A DNA stretch of 19,462 nt. Origin: Marine Group I thaumarchaeote. Its GTDB lineage: Archaea > Thermoproteota > Nitrososphaeria > Nitrososphaerales > Nitrosopumilaceae. This document shows positions 17,272 through 19,462 of this stretch, in pieces. Within the stretch, counting starts at the first letter, position 1. The number at the start of each line of letters is the position of its first letter. Below the pieces are notes generated by a model that was not told the DNA's origin, made no database searches, and was given only the letters and a program-made list of their open reading frames with translations. Position numbers and translations under genes: made by a program. Location of the stretch: the NCBI GenBank assembly GCA_044358425.1, contig CP054849.1:372683-392144 (forward strand). The letters are read 5' to 3'.

Positions 17272-17448
17272 TTAATCAATACTCAAAGTCATATCTAATT
17301 CATCAACTTGTGCTTGAATGGCTTTTTGTAATGTTTGATTATGTTTACTACAAAATTTAAAATAATCATCTGCTGTTTGAAAGCAACCACAAATCCATTT
17401 TATTTTTTTATCTCCTTCAATTGTGATTTTTGAATATTTTTTGTTCAT
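17272..17448 (-). CDS. Small (58 aa) putative zinc-binding protein
   Basis: Below the ORF-track cutoff. ATG at 17448, TAA at 17274-17272: MNKKYSKITIEGDKKIKWICGCFQTADDYFKFCSKHNQTLQKAIQAQVDELDMTLSID. It has a W-x-C-G-C...F-C-x2-H motif and fills the gap cleanly. Confidence 0.75.
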   Translation of the reverse strand: MNKKYSKITIEGDKKIKWICGCFQTADDYFKFCSKHNQTLQKAIQAQVDELDMTLSID

Positions 17449-17502
17449 AAATTATCTTGTTATTTCTTCTAAAAATATTTTCTTAAAAAAGAAAAAAAAT
17501 GT

Positions 17503-17760
17503 TTAAGGACAGCCTTCCATTTTTTGAATGAAATAGCCTTTTTCCTTAATTGCCTGCTCTACAGGCTCTGGACAAGATTGTGAGTGGCAAAATGTACATT
17601 CGTTTTGTGTCATTTGTGCTTCTCCTTCTCCTATCTCTTTCAACCATTCTTTGCCATATTCTATGGCTTTAGGATGATCTTTTTCACCCGTAATTACATC
17701 AAAGTGCATTGTGTGACCATCTGCTGCTTTGACATAAGTGTCGTATACGTGAATTTCCAT
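17503..17760 (-). CDS. DUF2024 family protein
   Basis: HVYDTYV, MHFDV, ECTFCHS, GYFIQKMEGC match the DUF2024 pattern. Confidence 0.85.
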   Translation of the reverse strand: MEIHVYDTYVKAADGHTMHFDVITGEKDHPKAIEYGKEWLKEIGEGEAQMTQNECTFCHSQSCPEPVEQAIKEKGYFIQKMEGCP

Positions 17761-17827
17761 ATTTTTTCTTAAAAAAGGGGATATTTAATTCCAAAGATGA
17801 TTCTATATGCTTGAATTTTCTAAATTC

Positions 17828-18232
17828 TTATTTCTCTTCAATTGGGATTTCTACACTATCTGATTCTAGAATAAATGCTCTGAAATTTTTGTTTATTCCT
17901 GAATAGATTATCCAAACATATGGATTATTTTGCATGAATTTTTTATCTGTAGTTGAAGGAAATGCTTCTCCTTTTGGATGTGAATGAAAAATTCCAATAA
18001 TTTCTAAACTCAATTCTTTGCGCTTTTGATCCATTTCCCAAGTCTGTTCAGCTGATAATGTAAATTCTATTGGAGATGGTGTGTCGTTCTTTGTTAACCA
18101 TATTTCTTTCACTGTATTTTCTTCTCCAATTACATTTCCGTATAAAATTGCACATGCCTCATTTGGTTCTTCTTTCCAAGTGTGGTCTAAGAGAATTTTT
18201 TTTTGTAATTTTGAAAGAATAATTTTTTGCAA
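17828..18232 (-). CDS. JAMM/MPN+ (M67) metalloprotease
   Basis: PNEACAILYG and the IFHSHP-x5-PS-x2-D JAMM motif. Confidence 0.92.
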   Translation of the reverse strand: MQKIILSKLQKKILLDHTWKEEPNEACAILYGNVIGEENTVKEIWLTKNDTPSPIEFTLSAEQTWEMDQKRKELSLEIIGIFHSHPKGEAFPSTTDKKFMQNNPYVWIIYSGINKNFRAFILESDSVEIPIEEK

Positions 18233-18234
18233 AT

Positions 18235-19326
18235 CTATTCTACATTAACTGTGCCAATCATCCATGGGTGTAGTATGCAATAATAATCAAAACTACCTGC
18301 TTCACTAAATGTGAATTCATACGTATCTCCTATATTCAATATTTGTGAATCAAATACTCCATCAGCTCCATTATCTGGACTTCCTGAAGTAGCTGTATGC
18401 ATTGCTGGATCTTCATTAACCCATTGAATTGGTGTTCCTACTGAAATGTTAATTGTTTCTGGATCATAGTATATTTGTCCGTCTTCTGGAATTGCTGCAC
18501 CTTCTGGAATGATAATTTTAGTTGCTTCTTTTGGAGCTTCTATAACTAAAGTTGAAATCATCCATGGATGTACAATACACAAGTATTCGTATTCGCCAAC
18601 TTCTAAGTTAGTTGTATCTAAAGTATATGTTTCTCCTTCACTAATTAAACTAGAATCAAATGTCTCTCCATAATCAGATGCACTAGTAACTGTATGTGGT
18701 GCAACATCTACATTTGTCCATACAACTGTATGTCCTTGTGTAACAACAGCTCTGTCTGGTTCGTAATCTGGATTACCTTCTTGTGCAGATTCTTTAAGAA
18801 TTTCAATTTCAAAAATTGGTCCAGCTGGAACATCTTCCATTGCTTCTTCATCAATTAATTCTTCAGCTAACTCTGCTTCACTTTCGCTCATTGAACCAGC
18901 TGTAATCCAAATAACTAATCCACTTGCAACTGCTAATCCTAAAACTAAACCAATTGGTTTAATGCTTCCTGGTTTTTTCATTGCTATCCATGCAACTCCT
19001 GCAGATGGAAGTGCAATTGCTAATATGACAAGAATTAATGAAAATGTGTAATCTGAAGAATTCATTGTACTTAATGCATAAAGTCCAAATCCTATTGAAA
19101 TAGCAACAATAACTAAAGTTGTAATTTTAGCTCTGTTACTAGTTGATACTCCTCCATCTAGAATACCTGCTGCTGTGAAAATTAGTCCTACAAACATTGT
19201 TAGACCTGTTAGTGCGTGCATTCCGTCGATGAATGTGTGTGCAATTCCTGCATATGATAAAATGAGACCCGCTAATCCTACGCCTGTAAGGCCCATGCCT
19301 GGCATTAATAGGTCCCAATTACTCAT
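18235..19326 (-). CDS. Multi-pass membrane protein with two C-terminal type 1 blue copper domains
   Basis: About 5 hydrophobic helices, an acidic linker, then two cupredoxins with ligand sets PHTVT...YLCIVHPWM and MHTAT...YYCILHPWM. Confidence 0.9.
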   Translation of the reverse strand: MSNWDLLMPGMGLTGVGLAGLILSYAGIAHTFIDGMHALTGLTMFVGLIFTAAGILDGGVSTSNRAKITTLVIVAISIGFGLYALSTMNSSDYTFSLILVILAIALPSAGVAWIAMKKPGSIKPIGLVLGLAVASGLVIWITAGSMSESEAELAEELIDEEAMEDVPAGPIFEIEILKESAQEGNPDYEPDRAVVTQGHTVVWTNVDVAPHTVTSASDYGETFDSSLISEGETYTLDTTNLEVGEYEYLCIVHPWMISTLVIEAPKEATKIIIPEGAAIPEDGQIYYDPETINISVGTPIQWVNEDPAMHTATSGSPDNGADGVFDSQILNIGDTYEFTFSEAGSFDYYCILHPWMIGTVNVE

Positions 19327-19462
19327 TAAAATAAGCTGGTAAGAGTGAGATACTTATTCCTTTTGAAATATAATGGATCTACAACAAGGAATAAAACGGC
19401 TTTGAAACTGGGTAGAGTAAATTGGGAATTAATGAAATAATAGAAATATCGAAACCACGAAT

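Noticed and set aside
17583-17597. CxxCH (CTFCH) in DUF2024 as a heme c attachment site
   Set aside because: The protein has no signal peptide, the motif is a family feature, and AOA are generally described as lacking c-type cytochromes.
17584-17772. 62-aa Cys-rich plus-strand ORF
   Set aside because: Antisense to the DUF2024 gene, whose motifs are much better supported.
1-19462. CRISPR arrays, IS elements, integrases, tRNA or rRNA genes
   Set aside because: No regularly spaced repeats, transposase/integrase motifs or cloverleaf-like sequences were seen, and most intergenic gaps are too short to hold them.

Overview
An AT-rich, gene-dense chromosomal segment whose gene content and style point to a marine ammonia-oxidising archaeon (Nitrososphaeria/Thaumarchaeota, Nitrosopumilus/Nitrosopelagicus-like). 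This assignment is inferred from family motifs, not from a database search. It is mostly core genome. Left to right: a truncated CPGC redoxin; a HEAT-repeat / cupredoxin / YkgJ trio; the nurA-herA-mre11-rad50 DNA end-resection operon; a secreted S-layer-like protein; de novo NAD genes (nadX, nadA, nadC); rpo7-spt4; MIP18-ApbC; DUF359 dephospho-CoA kinase; a HExxH protein; a K+-independent membrane pyrophosphatase; DUF2024; a JAMM protease; and a multi-pass membrane double-cupredoxin. I saw no mobile element, CRISPR array, tRNA or rRNA. The best leads are: (1) the HEAT-repeat protein looks like exactly one half of a eukaryotic deoxyhypusine hydroxylase (DOHH), with two HE iron-ligand motifs; (2) a C/D-box guide sRNA at about 14598-14656, followed by a structured intergenic element; (3) a 58-aa CxC...CxxH ORF missed by the ORF track; (4) a two-domain S-layer paralogue; (5) a non-canonical Mre11 active site (GEHD) and a short Rad50 with a second CxxC.
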